In this document: in pieces, positions 27,455-36,091 of the stretch
Numbering within the stretch: the first letter of the stretch is position 1
Layout of the letters: each line of letters opens with the position of its first letter
From: Polyangiales bacterium
GTDB taxonomy: Bacteria; Myxococcota_A; Polyangia; Polyangiales; Polyangiaceae
Length of the DNA stretch: 64,000 nucleotides
NCBI GenBank assembly: GCA_038230375.1
Contig: JBBRNJ010000018.1
Coordinates: forward strand, 54,601-118,600
Direction of reading: 5' to 3'
The notes under the pieces: generated by a model
Databases searched by the model: none
Seen by the model: only the letters and a program-made list of their open reading frames with translations
Told to the model about the DNA's origin: nothing
Program-made: the position numbers and the translations under genes

Positions 27455-29028
27455 GACGACACCTTGTGCGGGCGCGCTGCGGGAGCATACGGGTCGGGGC
27501 GTGGCTCGGGCTGCAGGTTACCGGGGTTCATGATGCCGAGCGGGTCGAATGCTTTCTTCAACGCGGCGAGCGCCGTGAGCCCCGGATCGCCGAGCTCCGG
27601 TCCAAGGCCCTTTGCCTTGGAGCGACCCACGCCGTGATGGTGGGCGATGGTACCGCCCGCGGTGACTGCTGCGGCGAGCGCGGCGCTCCAGGCGCGATCG
27701 TAGACGGCCTCGGAGGCCTCATCCCACGAGTCACCCTCACCGGCGGAACCGGCGAAGGAGAAGTAGATGCAGCACCCATCCGGGTACGCATGGCTCATGT
27801 GCGCCATCACGAAGACGTGATCACCGAGCGCGTGGCGGACACCGTCGTAGAGCGCGCCCAGCTTGGACCACGGAGCCGCGACCTCGATCGTGTCCGAGAA
27901 CATGCCGCCGCCGAAGACGGGCGCCTGTCTGTAGCTCACGCTGTAACGGTGGAGCATCCACTTCCGCGCGGGGCCTTCGCCAAGGTGCGTGGCGCCACCG
28001 CGCTCGAAGATGCGGCGGCACTCGTCAGCCTCCGTGGTGGGCGTCTGTCCCTCACCCTCGAAGATGACGATCACAAGTGCGCCGCCGAGCAGCGGGCTGG
28101 CGGGGCCGTCGACGAGCTCGTTCAGGAGCTTCGGACCGAAGAGCGCGTTGCGGAGCAGGGCCTCGCCGAGCGCGCGGTTCTTGCCGCTCTTCTTCACGTC
28201 GCCGTGCTTCTTCACGCTGCCCATGCGCGCGAGCATCGCGTCGAAGGGATCATAGAGGCGCGCAACGGCGGGCCGGAGCCCCGCCTGGAATGCCGCGCGC
28301 ATCGCCTCCCAACCAGCCTCGGTGGAGGGAAACGTGTATCCTGCATATGAACGCGCGGTGGGCGCGCGCTGCAGGCGCAGCGTGGCGGCGGTGATGACGC
28401 CAAGCGTGCCTTCGCTGCCGATGACGAACGGCACCAGGCTGGGCAGACCGGACTCGGACGTGCGGTGCAGGAGCCTTCGCACCTTGCCTTCGCCGGTGAC
28501 GAGCTCGACGTCGGCGACCATGTCCTCGATCTTGCCGTACTTGCCGGAGCACTGGCCTGCTCCGCGCGCGGCGATCCAGCCGCCGACGGTGCTGCACAAG
28601 ATGGAGGAAGGAAAGTGCCCGAGCGTGAAGCCGCGTCGATTCATCTCCTCTTCGAACGGGACACCCATGTAGCCGGCCTCGACGGTGACGGTGGGCCGCG
28701 CCGCATCGAATGCACGGAGCTTCGCCATTCGCTTCAGATCAAGGACGACGGCGCCCTTCTCCGGCAGGATGCCCGCGCACACGCCGCTGCCCGCGCCGAA
28801 CGGGACAACGGGCACTCCCTCCCTTGCGCAGAAGGTGACGAGACGCGCGACGTCCTCCGTGGTCTCGGGCCACACCACGCAGTCGGGCATGGCGCGAGCG
28901 ACATTGCCCGCACGCACGGAGAGGTGGTGGCGAGGCCAGAGATCGCGCGCGTAGGAGACGCGCTCGGCCAGATCGTCCGAAGCGCGGAGCCCAGGAAGCG
29001 CCTTCACGAGATCCGCCGCCAGCGTCAT
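27451..29028 (-). CDS. FAD-linked oxidoreductase, alkyl-dihydroxyacetone-phosphate synthase (AGPS)-like
   Basis: PFGAGSGV, GHFPSS..STVGGWIAARGAGQ.S.KYGKIEDMV, GSEGTLGVIT, HMSHAY, HHHGVG, MNPGNL. Confidence 0.88.
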   Translation of the reverse strand: MTLAADLVKALPGLRASDDLAERVSYARDLWPRHHLSVRAGNVARAMPDCVVWPETTEDVARLVTFCAREGVPVVPFGAGSGVCAGILPEKGAVVLDLKRMAKLRAFDAARPTVTVEAGYMGVPFEEEMNRRGFTLGHFPSSILCSTVGGWIAARGAGQCSGKYGKIEDMVADVELVTGEGKVRRLLHRTSESGLPSLVPFVIGSEGTLGVITAATLRLQRAPTARSYAGYTFPSTEAGWEAMRAAFQAGLRPAVARLYDPFDAMLARMGSVKKHGDVKKSGKNRALGEALLRNALFGPKLLNELVDGPASPLLGGALVIVIFEGEGQTPTTEADECRRIFERGGATHLGEGPARKWMLHRYSVSYRQAPVFGGGMFSDTIEVAAPWSKLGALYDGVRHALGDHVFVMAHMSHAYPDGCCIYFSFAGSAGEGDSWDEASEAVYDRAWSAALAAAVTAGGTIAHHHGVGRSKAKGLGPELGDPGLTALAALKKAFDPLGIMNPGNLQPEPRPDPYAPAARPHKVSS

Positions 29029-29049
29029 GCCGCCAGGAATATCACGGGT

Positions 29050-29910
29050 TCAGAGATCGAAGTCGAGGTCGTAGGGGAAGGAGTCGAGGTCGATCGGGGC
29101 GGGCGAGGTCGACGGGGTCCGTGTCGGTGTCGAGGTCGGGGTCGGTGTCGAGGTCGAGGTCGGTGTCGGGGTCGGGGTCGGTGTCGAGGTCGAGGTCGAG
29201 GTCGAAGTCATTGTCGAGGTCGAGGTCGAAGTCGCAGTCGAAGTCGCGCTGCATAGGGGGCAGGCGGTGGGGCTGTGCGGGGCGTCGTGGCGGTGGAGAT
29301 CGAGGAGCGCTCGCGAGATCCTCGCCAGCTCTCGTCGCACTTCCCGGCGGGCGCCCTTCACACGCGCGACCTTCATGAGGTCGTACGCTGTGGTCTGGTG
29401 GCGCATCCACGCGATCACGGCGGCCTCCGCTCGGCGATCGATCTCGATGCGCTTCGTGCGCGCGACCGTGCCGCTGCCGACCGGCGTGGCGTGCGCGGTC
29501 ACCGCCCGAGCAAGCTTCTCCTGGAGCTCTGAAAACCGCCGCGCGAAGCGGAGAAATTCGCGGACCTCGCGCTCGAAGTCCTCCACATATCGGCTCTGCG
29601 TGCTCTCACGTCGCTTCTCGTCGGCGACGCGCTTCTTCTCGTACGCTGGCGTGCTCCGCTCCGCCAGGAGCGCGCTCTTCGCCGCGGTGATGTTCGCCGC
29701 TGGCGCCCACACGCCGCGCGAGAACGTCTTCCGCCCTACCTTCTCCACCACGGTGATGCTCGGCCCCGCGGCCTTCACCCGCCGCGTCAGCCCCGCATCA
29801 CCAGGGGCAAGACACACCCAGCCCGGAGGAATGTCCAGGACGTGGCCATCCCCGCTGCGCACTTGTCGCGGATTCGCCGTTGGAGAGCAGGTGACTGACT
29901 CGATCGCCAC
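29050..29910 (-). CDS. DUF2293 domain protein with C-terminal Cys/His cluster and TS/TP repeat tail
   Basis: 'HATPVGSGTVART', 'AVIAWMRHQTTAYD'; GDAGLTRRVK. Confidence 0.85.
   Translation of the reverse strand: MAIESVTCSPTANPRQVRSGDGHVLDIPPGWVCLAPGDAGLTRRVKAAGPSITVVEKVGRKTFSRGVWAPAANITAAKSALLAERSTPAYEKKRVADEKRRESTQSRYVEDFEREVREFLRFARRFSELQEKLARAVTAHATPVGSGTVARTKRIEIDRRAEAAVIAWMRHQTTAYDLMKVARVKGARREVRRELARISRALLDLHRHDAPHSPTACPLCSATSTATSTSTSTMTSTSTSTSTPTPTPTPTSTSTPTPTSTPTRTPSTSPAPIDLDSFPYDLDFDL
29056..29246. repeat. GTCGAG/GTCGGG/GTCGAA hexamer repeat tract
   Basis: Tandem degenerate hexamers encoding the (TS/TP)n and DLDFDL tail. Confidence 0.9.
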
Positions 29911-29923
29911 AACCCGCGTTCTA

Positions 29924-30003
29924 GGTCGAAGTCAAAGTCGAGGTCGAGGTCGAAGTCGAGGTCGAGGTCGAAGTTCAGGTCGAGGTCGAAGTCGAAGTCG
30001 TCA
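29924..30003. repeat. GTCGAR hexamer tract spanning the desaturase stop codon
   Basis: About 13 units; the stop (tca at 29975) lies within a variant unit GTTCAG. Confidence 0.92.
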
Positions 30004-30823
30004 TCGCCGTCACGGCGTCGACAATCGACGGCTCGCTGACCACCTTGGGCTCCACGGCCGTCGTCGCGGGGGTCCAGCGCGCGATCTGCGACTTGCTCAT
30101 GTCGATGAGGCCGAGGGCGTTGAACACCTTCATGACCTGGTACGTCGGGTCGAGCTCGAACCAACGCACGCCGAAGTTCGGGCTCTGTCCGAACTTGTGG
30201 TGGTTGTTCTGGAACAGCTCGCCCGCCGTCAGTACGTCGAACACGAGCGTGTTCTTCGAGGCGTCGTCGCTGTCGAAGTTGCGATAGCCGAGCTTGTGAC
30301 CGAAGTAGTTCACGATCGCGCCGTGGATCGGGCCCAGGTACCAGTGGAAAGGGAGGAGGGCGAGGACCCAGTACGAGCCAGTCGCCTGCACGTAGAGAAG
30401 GTAGATCGCCGCGTAGATCGCGCCGAAGCCGAAGCTCGACGGCCACGAGCTCATGATGCGGTCCATCGCCGGCCAGGTCGGGTAGCCGCCTTCGAAGCGC
30501 GCTTCGGGCTCCTGCCTGCGACGCAGGATCGCGCGGTAGATCTCGTGCGTCCCGTTCATCATCTTGTAGAGGTTGGGCTGCTGCACGGGCGAGTGCGGAT
30601 CCTTCGGCGTGTCGCTGTACGCATGATGCATCCGGTGGAGGATCGCGTATCCGCGCGGCGACAGGAAGGAGGACCCCATCACGAACCACGCGAGAAAGTG
30701 GAACACGCGCTCCATCCGCTTCGACATCGAGAACTGGCGATGCGCGCCGTAGCGATGCAGGAAGAAGCTCTGGAAGAACACCGAGAGCTGCCACTGGACT
30801 AGGAAGAAGATGACGATAGCCAC
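29975..30823 (-). CDS. Membrane fatty acid (acyl-CoA, delta-9 type) desaturase
   Basis: His boxes HRYGAH, HRMHH, (Q)NNHH; DTPKDPHSP; GTG start with GGAGG. Confidence 0.93.
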   Translation of the reverse strand: MAIVIFFLVQWQLSVFFQSFFLHRYGAHRQFSMSKRMERVFHFLAWFVMGSSFLSPRGYAILHRMHHAYSDTPKDPHSPVQQPNLYKMMNGTHEIYRAILRRRQEPEARFEGGYPTWPAMDRIMSSWPSSFGFGAIYAAIYLLYVQATGSYWVLALLPFHWYLGPIHGAIVNYFGHKLGYRNFDSDDASKNTLVFDVLTAGELFQNNHHKFGQSPNFGVRWFELDPTYQVMKVFNALGLIDMSKSQIARWTPATTAVEPKVVSEPSIVDAVTAMTTSTSTST

Positions 30824-30870
30824 GCAATGCCTCCACTTCGGAGGCAGCGCCTCCAATCCGGTCAATGCTA
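30821..30870 (-). promoter_or_regulatory. -10 element (TAGCAT) and 5'UTR with mutually exclusive SD/anti-SD hairpins
   Basis: mRNA sense: GGATT-GGAGGC-GCT-GCCTCC-GAAGT-GGAGGC-ATTGC-GTG. Confidence 0.6.
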
Positions 30871-30962
30871 GGACCGGGTGTGCCTGAAGGCGCGCCACGC
30901 TTTGGTCATGCCGGGCCCCGTTTCGTCACGGCTCTGTCATCGCGGACGCGCCGCGAATTCCC

Positions 30963-33428
30963 CTACGCAGAGCGCTGTCCCAGGCGCGCCGCGCATAGAC
31001 GCACCACCTTGAGGGCGTCCGCGACCCGCTCCGTGGGCGTCGTGACGACTGCCTGCCAGCGGGCAGGGGAGAGATGCGCGTCGGGCATGAGCCGCTCGAG
31101 GAGATCGATGGCATCTGCGCGCCTGCCGAGATCGCTGCCGGACACCACGTCGAGCATCTCGGCGATGGTCGCGAGCGCCACCACGACCGCCTCCCGATCC
31201 TCCGACAGGTCCGTGGCGTCGGAGGTGACGGTGGGCTCGGGGAAGAAACGATCGAACTGCGCGCAGAGCGCTGCCCGATCTCGATAGAGCGCGCGCGCCT
31301 TTGCCAGGTCGCCCTCCGAGAAGGCCTGCTTCGTCGACAGCCCGACCTCGCGCGCCGCGGCCTGCTGCACGTCGAGCGCCTCGATCGCCTCCACCTCGCG
31401 CGCCCTTGCCAGGTCTGCCATCTCCGCGATGAGCGCGCCCACGTCGTTCGCCAGCGCCTGAGGCGAGTCAGCGCCGATCGCGACGCTTGGCAGGTGGAGC
31501 GCGTCGCCGTCGTCCAGTCCGCCGGCCACGATCTCCTTCAGCATGTCGTCGGACACGAAATGATAGAACGCGCGCTCGCCGCGAGCACGCTGGCGGGCCA
31601 CGATTTGCCTGAGCGCCTCGTTCTCTTGTCCGAGCGCGATCACGCTCAGGCCAAGGGGTAGCTTGCCCAGCGCCTCCCGCGCTTCGTTGAGCACGTTGCC
31701 GTCCACGGGCGAGTCGCCATCCGTGACGCAGACGATCTGCGCGCGCGCCAGATCAGGATCACTTGCCTGGGCTTCGCGGATCATGTCAAAGCTCGCCAGG
31801 AGCGCCCGCTGGATGTCGGTGCCACCCAGCCGCACGGTGGAGAGCACCTCCGTCATCGCCTCGGTCGCCGCGCGAAGCGTTGCCACGCGCGTGATGGGAC
31901 CCGGGATCTCGTCGAAGTACCGGAAATACAGCGCCGTGCTGACAAGCTTGGCGTGCTCCGTCACCCGCGCGCGGAGCGATGAGAGCTCCGCCAGCAGGAG
32001 GGCGTCCCGCACGCGTGCCCGCGGACCCGTCATGGAGCCGGAGCCATCGAGCACATACACCCGCACCTCTGACTGGAGGATGGTGCGCGGGTGCTTGATC
32101 TGTTCGTCGTACACGAACCTGCGCGCAAGCAGCCGACCCGCAGCAAGATCCATGACGATGCTGCGCGGGTCCGTGATGATCGCGTCACCGATGTCCGCAA
32201 CGTCGACGGCGGGCATGAGCAGGAGGTCCGGCGTGGGGTGCCGGACCGCGCGAGAGCGAAGCTCCACCTCCACGATGCGCAGCGGAGTGAGCGCTCCGCC
32301 CGTGTCGAAGCAGCCGTCCACCGCGAGCGCCGCGGCCAGGGTCGCCTGCGTGGCCTCGCCGCTGAAGTACTCGGTGGCGACGCTCGCCGCCTCGCGCTCT
32401 TCACGCGTCGCGTTCTCGCTGGTCTGCGCATAGACGCGAAGGCCGCGCGCGTAGGCGTTCGCGACGACGTCCGCGATGTCCCCGCCGAAGACCTGCCCTG
32501 CGCTCTTCTGGATCGACTCCGCCCGGGCAGCCGTGGTCCGTGGATCGCCTCCCTTCCATAGCCGGCGGAGCGCTTCGCGAGAGAGACGGAGGAGACGCTC
32601 GTCACCGCGCGCGAGCGCCGGCGCTTCGATCGCGAGGATGCCTGCGTGGAGTCGCTCACGTTCGCCGCGCGCCACAGCCTCGCGGATCTGGTGCGTGAGC
32701 GCGACGTCGGGCGAGAGCCCCTGCGCCTCCAGCCGATCGAGCCGCGCGATCTCGCGCGCGAGGTAGCGCCTGCGCGCCTCCAGCCCTGTCTGCTCCAGTG
32801 CCACGGCTGCTTGTGACTCCAGGAGCATCTGGCGCGCCGCCTCGAGCAGTCGACGTCGTCGCCCCAGGAGCTCCGCCTCGTCGTTCGCGGCATCCATCAG
32901 ATGATCGATCGCCGCGAGCTCCACCTCCATCAGTCGCTCGCCGTGCGGGTCCACATCGGGCGCGGCCTTGTGGTGGGTGTCCGTTCCTGCGTCCAGAACA
33001 CCGCGCACAGCCAGCGGCGGGAGCAGGCGAATCGGGTCCAGCGCCGCAGCGGCCATCGCGACAGGATCGTCCGGCGCGCGCAGCGCCCGTTGTGCCCGCA
33101 CGACAATCTCGTAGAGCCTCCGCAGCCACGTCGCGTGGGCGAGCAATGACCTTCCGCGCACCACCGTGGCGCGCTCCACCTGCGTCACGTTGCGTTCGAG
33201 CTCCGCCACGGCGTCGCGCATCGCGATCTCCGTTCGCGTACCTTCTCCCGCCGCAACCGCTCTCACCTCCGTGAGCAGCGCCGCGATCTTCGTGCTCTCC
33301 ACTTTTGGCGTGAACCCAAGGCGCGCGAGCAATGGCCTCACGAGCCGCACCATGGGAGCGTCGATGGCGCCCGGATCGACCGTGAGCAGCTCGATCCGCT
33401 TGCCCAGTGCGTCCAGGTTCGCGGTCAC
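30963..33428 (-). CDS. vWA (MIDAS) domain protein, ViaA-like
   Basis: VLDGSGSM, GGTD, VTDG; GTG start overlaps the ATPase stop (GTGA). Confidence 0.85.
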   Translation of the reverse strand: MTANLDALGKRIELLTVDPGAIDAPMVRLVRPLLARLGFTPKVESTKIAALLTEVRAVAAGEGTRTEIAMRDAVAELERNVTQVERATVVRGRSLLAHATWLRRLYEIVVRAQRALRAPDDPVAMAAAALDPIRLLPPLAVRGVLDAGTDTHHKAAPDVDPHGERLMEVELAAIDHLMDAANDEAELLGRRRRLLEAARQMLLESQAAVALEQTGLEARRRYLAREIARLDRLEAQGLSPDVALTHQIREAVARGERERLHAGILAIEAPALARGDERLLRLSREALRRLWKGGDPRTTAARAESIQKSAGQVFGGDIADVVANAYARGLRVYAQTSENATREEREAASVATEYFSGEATQATLAAALAVDGCFDTGGALTPLRIVEVELRSRAVRHPTPDLLLMPAVDVADIGDAIITDPRSIVMDLAAGRLLARRFVYDEQIKHPRTILQSEVRVYVLDGSGSMTGPRARVRDALLLAELSSLRARVTEHAKLVSTALYFRYFDEIPGPITRVATLRAATEAMTEVLSTVRLGGTDIQRALLASFDMIREAQASDPDLARAQIVCVTDGDSPVDGNVLNEAREALGKLPLGLSVIALGQENEALRQIVARQRARGERAFYHFVSDDMLKEIVAGGLDDGDALHLPSVAIGADSPQALANDVGALIAEMADLARAREVEAIEALDVQQAAAREVGLSTKQAFSEGDLAKARALYRDRAALCAQFDRFFPEPTVTSDATDLSEDREAVVVALATIAEMLDVVSGSDLGRRADAIDLLERLMPDAHLSPARWQAVVTTPTERVADALKVVRLCAARLGQRSA

Positions 33429-36001
33429 GGCTTCTTGTCGAGTGTGACGGCCCACGCCGCATCGGAGCGCGCCTTGAGCGCCTGCGTGAGCGCCTGCGTC
33501 GCGCGGTCCTCGAGCGCGTCGACCCGTGCGATCAGCGCGTCGGTGTCGCTGACGACCTCCGGGAAAACCTCGCTCACGAGCCTGCATTCGAGCGCCGTTC
33601 GGGCAAGCGCCTGCTCGTCGCGCAGCACGCCGAAGATCCCCGAGCGTGTCCACGCATCCACCCGGTCTTCAGCGGTACCCTGCGCGCCCTCCAGCTCCGT
33701 CCACCAGCGCTCCAGGAATGAAACGCAATGCGTGAGCCGCTCCAGGTCGAAGCGCGCGATCTTCTGCGCCGTCTTCTCAGGCATGCTGCGCGCGAGCGCC
33801 GCGACCACCACGGTGGACTCCTCCGGTCCCGACTTCGCGTCCAGCTTGGCCACACGCAACGCGATGTCGAGCAGGGTGAATGCTCCCGGCGCGCGCTTGT
33901 CGGCGGCGCGAAGATGTCGGTAGGTGTTCTTGTCGAGTGGCGTCTCCGGCGGACGCGGTGTTATCTCCGCGCTACGCACCAGCGTGTCCGCCGTCATCCC
34001 GATGATGTCCTTCGGCAGGAGCGCACCTTCCAGGCTCGCGGCCGCAAGCGTCGTGAGCAACCGGTCCACCTCTTCCACCAGCTTCACGCGATCCGGCGCC
34101 TTGATTCGCGCGAACGTGGCCGCGCACAGCGGCAGGAGCCGCGGCCCAACGACGCGCGTCTTGAGCTTGCTCGGCGCCCTGCCCAGCTTCGAGAGGCGCG
34201 CGGCGCACGCGTCGATGGTGTCCAGCGGGCCAGCGATCGCCAGCACCAGCGCCGCGAGCTCGTCGCCCTCCTTCGTCATGGCCTGGGCGACGTCTGCGCG
34301 CAGGCCTTCGTCCATGATCTGCGCGACCTCGGTCTCCAGTCGCTGCGTCGCCACCTGCCACGCGTCGGCGCCGTCGTCCGCCGCGGCTCCTTGTGCGGCG
34401 ATGCGCGTGCGTTCGGACGCATATTCCTCGAGGCCCGCGATCAATTGCTCCGCGATCTTGGCGGCTGCAAAGCTGCCTTCGGGCGGCTTCGCCTGGAGCG
34501 CTGCGGCGCGTGGAGACGCACCTCGCTGTGCGGCTTCGTCGATGAGGCCAAGGGCACGTCCACGCAGCCAGCGCGCCACGGGGCGTGTTGCGCCCGCGGC
34601 CTGCTCCACCTCGGCGGCGAGCGCCGAGAGCTCCCTTGCGACCGCAAGAGCGTCCTTGTGCGCGGCCTCGCCCGGCGCGCGAATACCTGCCGCGAGCGCG
34701 CGTTGCGTGAGCTCGGACACCACGTCACCGAGCAACTTCTGAGACTCGACGACCCCGAGCGGACCTTCCACCGAGAGCAGCGCCTGCGTCGCCGCGACGA
34801 GCGTGGGCACGTCATGCGTGTTGGGAGAGGTCCCGACCGAGCGGAGGCGCACGGCCTCGGGGGAGGGCGGCAACGCGCTCTTCTTCTTCTTTCCAGACGT
34901 GAGCGGCGCGGCCGGCAGCTTCTGTATGCAGCGGTCGAAGATCTCTCGCTCCGCGCGCACGATCGAGAGCTGACGACGCTCCCGCGGGTCGGTCTCCGTC
35001 TTGAGCAGCGCGTTCAACGTCTTCGGCAGCGGACCTGCGAGCACCAGCGAGTAACGCAGGCCGTTGACGTCGCCGTGATCGACCTCCAGGTCGCGATCGG
35101 GCCTGAAGAATATGCGATCGAACACGCACACCGCTCGCAGGAGCTTGCCCAGGCGAACCGCGGTGCGCGTGGACAGATAGCGCGTGGGCAGGAACTGCGG
35201 GTCGCTCCGTGTGGTCTGCGCGAGCTCCTCGTCGAAGAGCGCGAGCAGCTTGCTCAGGCGGTCCAGGACCGCATCCGGGATCGGCACCGCATCCGCCACG
35301 GCCTGCAGCGCATCCAGGTCCTGGATCGTGAGGTCGGTCGTGAACGGCGCGCCCTGACCCAGCTGCCGCTTCAGCACGCGCGGCAAGCTCGTGTCGTCGC
35401 CGAAGCCCTTCGGGATGAACGATACGAACGCGATGCGATCCACGAACGCGAGCAGCGTCTCGCGCGAGCCCTCGAGCACCTCCGCGAGGTAGCGGTTGGT
35501 GGTCATCAGCGCGCACTCGATCTGGCCGCGCGTGGTGCGCCCGCCCTGCTTCAGCTCGCGCTCCTGCAGCACGTTGAGCGTGGACCGCAGCAGCATGTCG
35601 CGCCCGTCGAAGACCTCGTCCAGGAACGCGTGCACGGCCCCGAGCATGCCCTCGTCGGTGAAGTGCTCCGTGCGACCGGTCTCCATCAGTGTCTTGAAGT
35701 TGATGGGGCCGACGAGATCCGTCTGTACCGTGCTCTCCGTGAACTGCTTCGCGAAGACGCTTGGCGCGCGGCTCTGTTCGTCGACGATGCGCCGGAGGAC
35801 GGCGGAGGCGATACCGCTCTTCGCGGTGCCGGGCGGCCCCGTCATGAGGCAGTGCTCGCGTGCGAGCAGGCCCAGCGCCACCTGCGCGAGCAGCTCCTCG
35901 CGCTCGACGAACGTCTTGCCGAGCTCGTTGAAGAAGGCGGCGAAGCGCGCTGCGGCGACCGTGAAGCGCTCGTTCTCGATCGGAAGACCGGGAGGGACCA
36001 T
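33425..36001 (-). CDS. MoxR/RavA-like AAA+ ATPase with long helical C-terminal extension
   Basis: Walker A GPPGTAKS, Walker B FLDEVF, LVGP, LNVLQER, AFVDR, STR. Confidence 0.9.
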   Translation of the reverse strand: MVPPGLPIENERFTVAAARFAAFFNELGKTFVEREELLAQVALGLLAREHCLMTGPPGTAKSGIASAVLRRIVDEQSRAPSVFAKQFTESTVQTDLVGPINFKTLMETGRTEHFTDEGMLGAVHAFLDEVFDGRDMLLRSTLNVLQERELKQGGRTTRGQIECALMTTNRYLAEVLEGSRETLLAFVDRIAFVSFIPKGFGDDTSLPRVLKRQLGQGAPFTTDLTIQDLDALQAVADAVPIPDAVLDRLSKLLALFDEELAQTTRSDPQFLPTRYLSTRTAVRLGKLLRAVCVFDRIFFRPDRDLEVDHGDVNGLRYSLVLAGPLPKTLNALLKTETDPRERRQLSIVRAEREIFDRCIQKLPAAPLTSGKKKKSALPPSPEAVRLRSVGTSPNTHDVPTLVAATQALLSVEGPLGVVESQKLLGDVVSELTQRALAAGIRAPGEAAHKDALAVARELSALAAEVEQAAGATRPVARWLRGRALGLIDEAAQRGASPRAAALQAKPPEGSFAAAKIAEQLIAGLEEYASERTRIAAQGAAADDGADAWQVATQRLETEVAQIMDEGLRADVAQAMTKEGDELAALVLAIAGPLDTIDACAARLSKLGRAPSKLKTRVVGPRLLPLCAATFARIKAPDRVKLVEEVDRLLTTLAAASLEGALLPKDIIGMTADTLVRSAEITPRPPETPLDKNTYRHLRAADKRAPGAFTLLDIALRVAKLDAKSGPEESTVVVAALARSMPEKTAQKIARFDLERLTHCVSFLERWWTELEGAQGTAEDRVDAWTRSGIFGVLRDEQALARTALECRLVSEVFPEVVSDTDALIARVDALEDRATQALTQALKARSDAAWAVTLDKKP

Positions 36002-36091
36002 GCGAACGCCAGCATATCCAGAACGGGTGCGAAGGGGCTCACGTCGTTGAGTTCACGCTCGTGAAGGGCTAAGCATTCCTCCCCCCTCGGT

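Noticed and set aside
33728..36064. 778-aa + strand ORF (likewise 29267-30802, 54851-56659, 58893-60578, 19216-20859)
   Set aside because: Shadow ORFs antisense to well-supported genes, expected in high-GC DNA; no motifs
36002..36091. SAM or cobalamin riboswitch upstream of the yitJ-like gene
   Set aside because: Only 90 bp shared with a divergent gene, with no riboswitch consensus visible
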